DNA from: Gammaproteobacteria bacterium
GTDB lineage: Bacteria > Pseudomonadota > Gammaproteobacteria > JAUIAT01
Assembly (NCBI GenBank): GCA_030425295.1
Contig: JAUIAT010000010.1
Coordinates: 2,124-66,123 of the forward strand
Length of the DNA: 64,000 bases
Direction: 5' to 3'
The stretch's first letter is position 1; the number at the start of each line of letters is the position of its first letter. Under the pieces are notes generated by a model. That model was not told where the DNA came from. It did no database searches and saw nothing but the letters and a program-made list of their open reading frames with translations. Shown here piece after piece: positions 55,324 through 64,000 of this stretch. The translations under genes were made by a program, and so were the position numbers.

Positions 55324-56067
55324 ATGGTAAAACATGTTTTTGGTTGGCATGCAGTAATGAGACTGATTGAGCAAGCTGATAAAAAAATTGAAAAGCTGCT
55401 GGTTGCCGAGGATAGAAAAGACTCGCGAGCTGAGAGTTTGCTTAAGCTTGCCAGCGATAAAGGAATACCTGTTGCAAGAGTTAAAAAGCATGAGCTTGAT
55501 TTTGAAGTTCAAGGTAAGCATCAAGGTGTTATAGCCTATGTATCTCAATCTACCCAACTTGCTGAAAAGAAAGATTTATTTGAGTTTGTTTCTAACTTAG
55601 ATCATTTGCCTTTTATTTTGATACTTGACCAAGTTAAGGATCCTCACAATTTAGGGGCTTGCCTGCGTTCAGCGGAAGCTGCGGGTGTTGACGCTGTAAT
55701 AGTCCCAGAGAGACGTGCTGTAGGAATTACTCCAGTTGTGAGCAAAATTGCCTGTGGCGCAGCAGAAACAATGCCATTCTATCAAGTCACTAATTTGTCA
55801 AGAACTATTGAACAGCTACAAAAGCTTGACATAAGAATAATTGGTGCAGCCGAGCAGGCTAGCTCTGAGCTTTTCGATTCCGATCTTACTGGTTCTATTG
55901 CTTTAGTTATGGGGGCTGAAGATAAAGGACTTCGTCGCTTAACCAGAGAAAAATGCGACGAGATAATTTCAATTCCAACCATGGGTAAAATTTCTAGCCT
56001 AAACGTTTCAGTGGCAGCAGGTGTTTGTTTGTTTGAAGCTGTTAGACAGCGTAACTTTTCTATATAG
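55324..56067 (+). CDS. rlmB: 23S rRNA G2251 2'-O-methyltransferase
   Basis: G.HAV, HQGV, DPHNLGACLRSA, GAE.KGLRRL and SLNVSVA motifs. Confidence 0.95.
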   Translation: MVKHVFGWHAVMRLIEQADKKIEKLLVAEDRKDSRAESLLKLASDKGIPVARVKKHELDFEVQGKHQGVIAYVSQSTQLAEKKDLFEFVSNLDHLPFILILDQVKDPHNLGACLRSAEAAGVDAVIVPERRAVGITPVVSKIACGAAETMPFYQVTNLSRTIEQLQKLDIRIIGAAEQASSELFDSDLTGSIALVMGAEDKGLRRLTREKCDEIISIPTMGKISSLNVSVAAGVCLFEAVRQRNFSI

Positions 56068-56091
56068 AGCTGACAGTAGGATATTAACTTA

Positions 56092-56118
56092 ATCCCGCAA
56101 AGAATGCTGCGGGATGAT
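56092..56118. repeat. REP-like hairpin between convergent genes (possible bidirectional terminator)
   Basis: atcccgca-aagaatgc-tgcgggatga resembles 17996-18022. Confidence 0.55.
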
Positions 56119-56140
56119 AGATCCTGTTTTTAGAGAAATC

Positions 56141-57466
56141 TTAATTAGCAGCTTTGCTTTGATCCCACTTCATCCATGCGTAAAATGGAAGACCCATTAA
56201 GAATAAAATTAACACGTAAAATGCTTGTTCAGGCCCGGCACCAATTAAGGCCCACATGATGTATGTAAAGCCAAGTATTGCTAAGCTTAATCTAAACCAC
56301 AAACCCCTCTTAGGTGTTTTTTCTGGGTTCTGTATATAAAATATCATCTCAGCAAAAGTTGTAAATAAATAAGGAAGCAGAGTTATTGATGTGGCCATTA
56401 ATATAATAAATGTAAATACATCAACTAGGTTGGGACCATATCTTAAAGTTAGCAAAATACTTACTAATATGCTTGATGCTAAAAGCCCTATATAAGGAGT
56501 TCCATTTTTACTGACTTTTGCAAATGACTTTGGAAACAAACCATCCTCGGCTGCAGCAAACGGAACCTGTCCTTGTAACAAAATCCACCCGTTAAGAGTA
56601 CCTATACATGTAATTATAGCGGCAACCCCCATTACTGGGCGTCCCCAGCTTCCAAAAATCTTACTCGCAGCATCAGCATAGGGTGCGCTTGAGTGTGCTA
56701 ATTCTGCTGTTGGAATTAGCCCCATCACAACAGTTGTACCAAGTATGTATATAATAGCGGCAATCAAGGTTCCAAATACTGTGGCTCTTGGAATAGTTTT
56801 AGTAGGATTGACAACATGTTCAGCGGGGACTGTGGCAGATTCCAAGCCTATAAATGACCACAACGTTAAAGTCACCGCGGCTCCAATGGCATATAGGTTT
56901 GATTTTCCAGTGGCGTTAAATGTCCCAATGTGATGAAAATCCACAAAAAACAGACCTATTATCGCTATTGCCACTAAAGGTATAATTTTAAGAACGGTCG
57001 TAACAACTTGGATTGTTCCTCCTTGTTTTACACCGACTAGATTAATTATTGTAAGTCCCCATAGCGCAGTTAAGCTTGCTATTAATTGCATAAATGGGTT
57101 GTGATCAAGTCCGGGCCAGAAAATACCTAAGTATCCTACCAGTGCCACCGCAAGTGCAGAGTTACCAATCCAGAGAGCTATCCAGTATGCGTAGGCTATC
57201 TGAAATCCGGTGAACTCACCAAAAGTAGCCTTAACATAAGCATAAGGGCCACCAGTTAAAGGTATTAATTGGCTCAATCTGCTAAAAATAAGCGCTAATA
57301 CTATTGCTCCGCACGATGTCAAAATCCAGGCTAAAAGACTAATACTTCCAATCATTGCAAGAGATGCAGGGAGAAGGAAGACCCCTGACCCAATCATATT
57401 TCCTGCAACTAACGATATAGATTTACCAAGACCTAAACTTCTGTTCCAATGATGCTCATGCGACAT
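56141..57466 (-). CDS. APC amino acid/polyamine antiporter (AdiC/PotE-like)
   Basis: NMIGSGVFLLPA, GGPYAY, LWSFIGLESA and NP.KTIPRA motifs. Confidence 0.9.
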   Translation of the reverse strand: MSHEHHWNRSLGLGKSISLVAGNMIGSGVFLLPASLAMIGSISLLAWILTSCGAIVLALIFSRLSQLIPLTGGPYAYVKATFGEFTGFQIAYAYWIALWIGNSALAVALVGYLGIFWPGLDHNPFMQLIASLTALWGLTIINLVGVKQGGTIQVVTTVLKIIPLVAIAIIGLFFVDFHHIGTFNATGKSNLYAIGAAVTLTLWSFIGLESATVPAEHVVNPTKTIPRATVFGTLIAAIIYILGTTVVMGLIPTAELAHSSAPYADAASKIFGSWGRPVMGVAAIITCIGTLNGWILLQGQVPFAAAEDGLFPKSFAKVSKNGTPYIGLLASSILVSILLTLRYGPNLVDVFTFIILMATSITLLPYLFTTFAEMIFYIQNPEKTPKRGLWFRLSLAILGFTYIMWALIGAGPEQAFYVLILFLMGLPFYAWMKWDQSKAAN

Positions 57467-57484
57467 AATAAAAAATCACTCAAG

Positions 57485-58060
57485 TTAAACTTTTTTCTCT
57501 TCACCTTTTCTAAGGCGATCGATATTAGCTCTGTGGGTCCAAGTAACTATTGCTGCAATAATCAAAAAGGGTATAAAATTATCAGGTGATAACACCAAAA
57601 ATAAAACTGGGGCTGTAGCGGTAGCAATTAAAGATGCCAACGAAACATATCTCGTAAGAAGAACAATACCTACCCAAACTAATGCGCAAATTATACCAAT
57701 AAAATAGTTGACCGCAAGTAAAGTTCCAAACATAGTTGCTATCCCTTTGCCACCTTTAAAGCCAAAAAACATTGGAAAGATATGACCTAAGCATGCTGCA
57801 ACTGCCAAAACCCCAAGGCTTTCTCCATGCAAACCAAAGACGTTTAAGGCAATAAATAAAGGAATATACCCTTTTAAAGCGTCACCTAAAAATACCAATG
57901 CAGCAACTTTTTTACCACCGATTCTATAGGCATTAGTAGCGCCAGGATTGCCAGATCCCTGATTCCTAGGATCTTCAAGCTTCAAAAGTTGGCAGACTAA
58001 AATTGCCGAGTTAATTGAGCCTAAAGCGTAAGCAATAACAATACATACTATTAAATTCAT
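57485..58060 (-). CDS. plsY: Glycerol-3-phosphate acyltransferase
   Basis: GSGNPGATN, GH.FP.FF.FKGGKG.AT and HRANI.RL motifs. Confidence 0.95.
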   Translation of the reverse strand: MNLIVCIVIAYALGSINSAILVCQLLKLEDPRNQGSGNPGATNAYRIGGKKVAALVFLGDALKGYIPLFIALNVFGLHGESLGVLAVAACLGHIFPMFFGFKGGKGIATMFGTLLAVNYFIGIICALVWVGIVLLTRYVSLASLIATATAPVLFLVLSPDNFIPFLIIAAIVTWTHRANIDRLRKGEEKKV

Positions 58061-58374
58061 TTAGATAAACTTCCTATTTGATTTTTTAAATTATCAGCAT
58101 TTCTAGCTGCAAGACCAATTGAAGAGTTCTTTAGCTTTAAATTATACAGGAGTTTCGCTCTTCGTGCTTAATCTTTTAATATATCGCCTCTGCGAAGTAA
58201 ATTCGCATCCACGGCGACCAAAAAAGGGTGGCTTTAGCTTTACATCCCCCCTTTGGAAACCCCATAGGTCCTTGAGTTTTTTACAAATCGCGAAACTTCT
58301 ATTATATATTGTTATTTGATTACCTTCGAGCGATGTGGCATGCTGAAAATATAATAATCAATATGAGTGTAATC

Positions 58375-58899
58375 ATGAGTTTTAAGAATAAGTTTCAAAA
58401 TGCATTTCAACATATACTTTGGGACACAAGATTACTTGTTATTATAGCTGTTATTACGAGTCTAATTGGTGCCGTTATAATGCTGATAATTGGTGCTATG
58501 AGCGTAATTTGGGCTGTTGAGAAATTCCCTCATCTTTTGTCTTCAGCTACATTTGAAGAAACTTTCCACATGATAGCCTTGAAGATTATTAGCGGTATAG
58601 ATGCTTATCTGGTGGCAACTGTATTATTAATTTTTGCTTTAGGATTATATGAGCTATTTATCAATAAGATAACCATCAAAGAGGCTAAGGGTAGCGTACC
58701 AAGCATATTAAAGGTAAAGAATTTAGAGCAGTTAAAAGAAAATTTAGGTAAAGTTATTGTGATGATTCTTGTAGTCCTATTCTTTAAAAATGCTTTGATG
58801 TTAGAGTATCATGATACAAAAGACTTAGTCTTTTTAAGTTTTGGTATACTTATGATTTCACTGGCATTATTTTTAAGTCATCATAAATCTAAAAAATAG
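58375..58899 (+). CDS. YqhA (UPF0114) membrane protein
   Basis: ID..L.A.VLLIF..GLYELFI and L.QLK..L.KVI patterns. Confidence 0.85.
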   Translation: MSFKNKFQNAFQHILWDTRLLVIIAVITSLIGAVIMLIIGAMSVIWAVEKFPHLLSSATFEETFHMIALKIISGIDAYLVATVLLIFALGLYELFINKITIKEAKGSVPSILKVKNLEQLKENLGKVIVMILVVLFFKNALMLEYHDTKDLVFLSFGILMISLALFLSHHKSKK

Positions 58900-58925
58900 A
58901 AGTGGATTTTTAAATCAACTTCTCC

Positions 58926-60374
58926 TTACATAGGTTTTCCAACTAAATTATTCCACTTTTCTTTCTGGTTTTCGTATCTTTTTATTTTGTCTTTAACTCT
59001 TTGAATAGAGTCTTCTGATAATTTCTTATTCTTTAGCAATTGCTTAAGTATCACATTAGCTTTTACCCACTGGCGGGATAAGGCGTAAGTTGTTGCTAGC
59101 GCTTCATGGTAATGCTGGAAGGACCCAGATTTATGATAGGCTTCAGCTAAAAGAGCCCAAAGATCAATCATTGTCGGATTATTATTTATGGCTTGCTTTA
59201 ATATGGGTATGCTTTTTGCTGCTTGCTTCGACTCAATTAAGTTATCCGCATAGTTTAAAATCAAAATTATGTTATCAGGATATATTTTATATTTATCTTT
59301 TAGGATCGAGATACTTTCTTTTGTTTTTCCATCAAGAAATAATGAGTCTGTATATAAGGTTATAAAAAATAAATTATTAGGATTTTGTTTATAGAGGCTC
59401 TTACTTATTTTTATAGCCTTATCGTATTGTCCTTCCCTTGCAAGCAGGGTAGAGTACCCATATTTATAAGCTTTTTTCTGTGCATCCAGGGTATTAGTTT
59501 GTTTGAGTTTATTTTTATAAAAGCTTTCTAGGTTGGGGCCAGGTTTAGCGGTTAGTACTCTAACTCTTTCTTTAGCAAGGTAGTAATCAAGTGAGTTTAA
59601 TTTTGGACTGATATTGTACTGACTGGCAAGCTCTTCAGTCGCGGCTATTCTTGATTTAGTTAGAGGATGTGTTCTAAGGAACATAAATGATTCACCATTA
59701 TTGAATGACTGTGATTTCATTCTTTCAAAAAATTTAGCCATCATCATTGGGTCAAAACCTGCTTTCACCATAAGCCTAACAGCTGTACTATCCGCTTCTT
59801 TTTCTTGAATACGCGTATGGCTCACCAAATACTGAGTTCTTGCGGATGCAACTGCAGCAATTGCTCCAGTGGTCGCGGCAGGATTCCCAGAAGCAGCAAT
59901 TGCAATGGCTGCCAATGTCCCAGCAATAGTCGCCCAGCTCATTTGTTTTTGTTGCGCTATTTTTTGCAAGATATGATTATGAGTTAAATGACCAGTTTCG
60001 TGAGCCAATACTGAAGCTAGCTCGCTTTCATTCTCAGTTAATAAAATAATTCCTGAATTAAGAACAATGTGCCCTGAAGGTCCAGCAAAAGCATTAATGG
60101 CTGCATTGTTGGCAACATAAACATGAACGGGTTGACCTGCGAGATCAGCATATGGCAGCATTCTTTCTTCAATGTGATTTACATATTCTGAAATAAGCGG
60201 ATCACCAAGTATGTTTATGTATCTATGTATAAAATAATTGAATTGAATACCAAGAGCTTTACGTTGAGCTGGAGAAAGAATATTGGCGACAGGTGTGCCT
60301 AGCTGAGGAAGAGTATCAGCAATTGAATTAATGCATATCAATAATATACTTCCAATTACTAGGGTTTTTTTCAA
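58926..60374 (-). CDS. bepA: M48 periplasmic metalloprotease BepA/YfgC with TPRs
   Basis: LP.LG, INAFA, ELASVLAHETGH, E.EAD and L.THP motifs. Confidence 0.85.
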   Translation of the reverse strand: MKKTLVIGSILLICINSIADTLPQLGTPVANILSPAQRKALGIQFNYFIHRYINILGDPLISEYVNHIEERMLPYADLAGQPVHVYVANNAAINAFAGPSGHIVLNSGIILLTENESELASVLAHETGHLTHNHILQKIAQQKQMSWATIAGTLAAIAIAASGNPAATTGAIAAVASARTQYLVSHTRIQEKEADSTAVRLMVKAGFDPMMMAKFFERMKSQSFNNGESFMFLRTHPLTKSRIAATEELASQYNISPKLNSLDYYLAKERVRVLTAKPGPNLESFYKNKLKQTNTLDAQKKAYKYGYSTLLAREGQYDKAIKISKSLYKQNPNNLFFITLYTDSLFLDGKTKESISILKDKYKIYPDNIILILNYADNLIESKQAAKSIPILKQAINNNPTMIDLWALLAEAYHKSGSFQHYHEALATTYALSRQWVKANVILKQLLKNKKLSEDSIQRVKDKIKRYENQKEKWNNLVGKPM

Positions 60375-60473
60375 CCAATTTATTAGTAAATTTGATTTGA
60401 TAACTACCTGCCTCTTTATGGTACAATTGAGGTATCACTTTTAATCTTGATCATATCACTATTTAGGATTGAT

Positions 60474-61562
60474 ATGAATACAACTGATCACGAGTACTTC
60501 CTTAAACGAGCACTGCTGTTAGCAAAACAACGAGCAGGGTTCTGCGCACCTAATCCTTCTGTTGGAGCTATTGTTGTTAAAGATAATAGGGTTATATCTG
60601 AAGGTCATCATTGGGCTGCAGGGCACCCTCATGCTGAAGTGGTTGCCCTTGAAAACATTGACTTTAAAACGTGCAGCCAATCTACATTGTATGTAACCCT
60701 TGAGCCTTGTGCTCACAGCGGCTTAACGCCTCCTTGCACTCAACTGATACTAAAGAAAGGCATTAAAAAGGTTGTTTATGGTTTTTCAGACCCTAATTTA
60801 CATGACAAATCTGGTGGAGCATTTGAGCTTACAAAACATGGCGTTAATTGTGAAAGAATTAAAATTTCAGAAATAGATGCTTTTTACAGGAGCTATTCTT
60901 ACTGGGTAGCAAAAAAAATACCATTTGTTACGGCAAAGCTTGCTATGTCTTTAGATGGTAAAATAGCTAAAGAAGGAGGCGAACGCTGCCTTATATCTGG
61001 AAGTAAAGCAAGAGATTTTACTCATGAGTATCGTTTGCGTTCAGATGCGATTCTTACAACAGCAAGAACAATCAAATTTGATAATCCCCAATTAAATGCG
61101 CGTCTTGATGGGGTAAACTACTCTAAAACAATATATATAGTAGATTCTGAATTAAACACGCCGTCAACTGCTCAAATATTTGACACATCAAAACAGGTTG
61201 TTATACTTTATTGCAATGATGATGGAAGGTCCCAGGCTAAAGAGCGCTTAAGATCTACTGGAGCAGAGCTTAGGCGTCTGCCATATAATGAAAAAATGGG
61301 CGGCATTGATTTAAAAAGTGCTCTCGCTCAAATTGGAAGTGACGGTATTCATGACTTATGGGTTGAGGCCGGTGGTATTCTTTTCTCATCATTAATAAAT
61401 GAGAAAATGATTAATCGATCTTTATTCTATATTTGCCCTAGATGGTTAGGCTCAAGCGCTATTTCTGCTTTTAGTAGAGCAGATTGGCTAAAAGAAGCTG
61501 ACAACCTTTCCTGGAAACCTTTGGGCAGTGATGTATTATGCGAGATCGATTGGAATAACTAA
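60474..61562 (+). CDS. ribD: Riboflavin biosynthesis deaminase/reductase
   Basis: PNPSVG, HAE, TLEPC....PPC, SLDGKIA and VEAG motifs. Confidence 0.95.
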   Translation: MNTTDHEYFLKRALLLAKQRAGFCAPNPSVGAIVVKDNRVISEGHHWAAGHPHAEVVALENIDFKTCSQSTLYVTLEPCAHSGLTPPCTQLILKKGIKKVVYGFSDPNLHDKSGGAFELTKHGVNCERIKISEIDAFYRSYSYWVAKKIPFVTAKLAMSLDGKIAKEGGERCLISGSKARDFTHEYRLRSDAILTTARTIKFDNPQLNARLDGVNYSKTIYIVDSELNTPSTAQIFDTSKQVVILYCNDDGRSQAKERLRSTGAELRRLPYNEKMGGIDLKSALAQIGSDGIHDLWVEAGGILFSSLINEKMINRSLFYICPRWLGSSAISAFSRADWLKEADNLSWKPLGSDVLCEIDWNN

Positions 61563-61600
61563 CTCACCTTACGCAGGCGAGCAACCAAGGGTAATCTCAC

Positions 61601-62203
61601 ATGTTTACAGGTCTGATTCAGCATATAGGATCAATTTCTTCAATTGACAAATCATCCAACCCCTGGAAGATTAAGGTTCAATCCAATATGCTAAATTATG
61701 TATTAGGCGAGAGCATAGCTGTAGATGGTATTTGTCTAACTGTTACAAAATTTGATGACAATTCTTTTTCCTGCGATATTGCACAAATGACGCAAGACGT
61801 TACTACTATAAGCTCTTGGAATGTTGGCAAAAAAGTTAATTTAGAGCGAGCAATTTGTGCAAATCAACCATTTGGTGGTCACTTTGTAACTGGCCATATT
61901 GACGCATGCGTAAGAGTTGCCTCAATAGAATGGGTTGGCGAGTGTCTTGCCATAGCATTTGATTCGATATCTTCAGAATTTCAAAAAATTATAACCCCTA
62001 AAGGAAGTATTTCTTTAAATGGAGTTAGCCTAACAATAAACACAATATCGGATACTGGATTTACTGTGATGTTAATACCAGAGACCTTGAACAGAACTAA
62101 TTTAGGCAATTTAGCAATTGGAAATTTTGCAAATATCGAGTACGATATGCTTGCGAAAATGGTTTGCGAACAGATTAAAAATATGAACCTATCAAAGGTG
62201 TAG
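61601..62203 (+). CDS. ribE: Riboflavin synthase (alpha chain)
   Basis: [26 protein letters not shown] and GVSLT motifs. Confidence 0.95.
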   Translation: MFTGLIQHIGSISSIDKSSNPWKIKVQSNMLNYVLGESIAVDGICLTVTKFDDNSFSCDIAQMTQDVTTISSWNVGKKVNLERAICANQPFGGHFVTGHIDACVRVASIEWVGECLAIAFDSISSEFQKIITPKGSISLNGVSLTINTISDTGFTVMLIPETLNRTNLGNLAIGNFANIEYDMLAKMVCEQIKNMNLSKV

Positions 62204-62205
62204 TA

Positions 62206-63423
62206 ATGAAATACAGAGAAATCGAAGCAGCAATTGAAGACTTACGTCAAGGTAAGATGATTATCGTAACAGATGATGAGAGTCGAGAAAATGAAGGTGA
62301 CTTAGTTGTTGCAGCAGAAAAAGCCACAACTGAAATTGTTAACTTTATGGCCGTTCACGCTCGTGGCCTTATTTGTATGCCAATGACCGAAGAAAGACTT
62401 AGTCGTCTTGGTATTCCAATGATGCTAGATAATAAGAATGCTGAAATGGAAACTGCTTTTACTGTTTCGATTGATTCCTCCCATGGTATTAGCACCGGTA
62501 TTTCTGCTCGAGACAGAGCTCATACGGTTAAAGTTGTTTTAGATGAGCAATCTACACCTGATGATATCGCAATGCCTGGCCATCTATTTCCCTTACGAGC
62601 TAGAAAAGGTGGTGTTCTCACAAGACCAGGGCACACTGAGGCAAGCGTTGATTTAGCGAAATTAGCTGGATTTAAACCGGCTGCTGTTATTTGTGAAATC
62701 CTTAACGAAGAAGGAGATGCAGCCAGAGGAGATCAACTAGAAGAATTTTCACGCAAACATCAACTGCGTACGATTAACATCAATGACCTTATTGCCTATA
62801 GATTTCAACATGAATCCCTTGTTGAGACTATGGCAAGCGCTCAAATGCCTGTACAAGATGAGCAACCCTTTACTATTAAAGTTTTCCAAAGCCGATTAGA
62901 TAATGCGGAACATATAGCTTTAATAAAGGGTGATATTGAAAAATCTGATATTCCTCCGCTAGTTAGATTGCACTCTGAATGCGTAACAGGAGACATTTTT
63001 GGTTCTACAAGATGTGATTGTGGTGACCAATTAAATCATTCAATTGCAAAACTGAATGAAGAGGGTGGTATTTTACTTTACTTACGCCAAGAAGGTCGTG
63101 GTATTGGCTTAATTAATAAAATTAAAGCTTATGCACTGCAAGATCAGGGGCTAGACACAGTTGAAGCCAATCAACATTTAGGGTTTTCTGCCGATCCTCG
63201 CGACTACGGCATTGCCGCGCAAATTCTTAGAAAACTAGACATATCTAAAATTCGGCTAATGACGAACAATCCCAATAAAATAGACAGCATGAATCGTTAT
63301 GGTATAGACGTTACTGAACGAGTTGCTGTAGAAATTAACCCTAAACCAGATAATATTGAGTATCTAACAACAAAACGTGATAAATTAGGTCATATGTTAG
63401 ATCTTTTACAAGAGGTTAGCTAA
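62206..63423 (+). CDS. ribBA: DHBP synthase / GTP cyclohydrolase II
   Basis: [30 protein letters not shown] and QEGRGIGL motifs. Confidence 0.96.
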   Translation: MKYREIEAAIEDLRQGKMIIVTDDESRENEGDLVVAAEKATTEIVNFMAVHARGLICMPMTEERLSRLGIPMMLDNKNAEMETAFTVSIDSSHGISTGISARDRAHTVKVVLDEQSTPDDIAMPGHLFPLRARKGGVLTRPGHTEASVDLAKLAGFKPAAVICEILNEEGDAARGDQLEEFSRKHQLRTININDLIAYRFQHESLVETMASAQMPVQDEQPFTIKVFQSRLDNAEHIALIKGDIEKSDIPPLVRLHSECVTGDIFGSTRCDCGDQLNHSIAKLNEEGGILLYLRQEGRGIGLINKIKAYALQDQGLDTVEANQHLGFSADPRDYGIAAQILRKLDISKIRLMTNNPNKIDSMNRYGIDVTERVAVEINPKPDNIEYLTTKRDKLGHMLDLLQEVS

Positions 63424-63905
63424 TGATTCAAATCAGGGCAAATGTTGATTCCCTAGAAAAAAAGGATCTTCGTATCGGAGTTGTTGTTAGTGAATTTAAC
63501 ACTGAAATAACAACGGCTTTATGGGAAGGGGCTAAAAAAGAATTATTAGACTCCGGTATTTCAGAATCTGGTATTGTTGCAGTTTTCGTCCCTGGAGCCA
63601 TTGAGATCCCAATTGCAATTAAACGCCTTTCTGAGTACCAGAAATTTGATGGATTTATTGCTCTTGGTTGTGTGATTCAAGGCGAAACCAGACATTTTGA
63701 CTATGTGTGCGAGCAAGCTAACGACGGCAGTCTTAAGCTATCTCTTGATCTTGATTTACCAATTAGCTGTGGAATTCTAACAACAGAAAATCGAGCGCAA
63801 GCAGAAGGCAGAGCTGGTGGATATAAGGGCCATAAGGGGCATGAAGCAGCTCAGGCACTACTTGAAACATTATCAGTTTTAGATCAGCTAAAAAAAACAT
63901 ATTAA
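63423..63905 (+). CDS. ribH: Lumazine synthase
   Basis: S.FN, VPGA.EIP and G.VI.GET.HFDYV motifs. Confidence 0.96.
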   Translation: MIQIRANVDSLEKKDLRIGVVVSEFNTEITTALWEGAKKELLDSGISESGIVAVFVPGAIEIPIAIKRLSEYQKFDGFIALGCVIQGETRHFDYVCEQANDGSLKLSLDLDLPISCGILTTENRAQAEGRAGGYKGHKGHEAAQALLETLSVLDQLKKTY

Positions 63906-64000
63906 TAAAGAACAAGATATAAAAACCTATGCTATGATGAAAGCATAATCAATGGCATTTAAAAGGATTTTACGCCGTGGTATTTAAATCGCTTCGTGAT

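Noticed and set aside
60375-60473. FMN riboswitch upstream of the rib operon
   Set aside because: Intergenic gap is short and lacks RFN conserved motifs.

Overview
AT-rich chromosomal window from a gammaproteobacterium. Gene order (lpxB-oxidoreductase-rnhB, metG-rnfB-nth, DUF2066-hda, pyrG-kdsA-eno-ftsB) is Legionellales/Coxiellales-like, which is an inference from synteny. Most of it is housekeeping: queG, lpxB, rnhB, suhB, malic enzyme, purB, ispD, hemH, coq7, nth, metG, mrp, tRNA-Pro/Arg/His, pyrG, kdsA, eno, ftsB, rnr, trmL, hda, rlmB, plsY, bepA and ribD-ribE-ribBA-ribH. Five things stand out. (1) A non-coding array at 14.6-15.1 kb has four units, each an IHF-consensus site followed exactly 54 bp later by TTATCCACA; three units carry a DnaA-box triplet, and spot checks show no GC-skew switch there. 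(2) A four-gene cAMP module at 48.8-55.2 kb encodes a periplasmic repeat protein plus a membrane adenylate cyclase, converging on a cNMP-domain Na+/H+ antiporter plus an MBL-fold hydrolase. (3) Two short double-glycine-leader peptides are present, one missing from the ORF track. (4) Two alpha/beta hydrolases have degenerate catalytic sites, and several small secreted orphans occur. (5) Three families of MITE/REP repeats are scattered through the window and nest inside one another at 45.4-45.8 kb. All calls come from reading the sequence; no searches were run.
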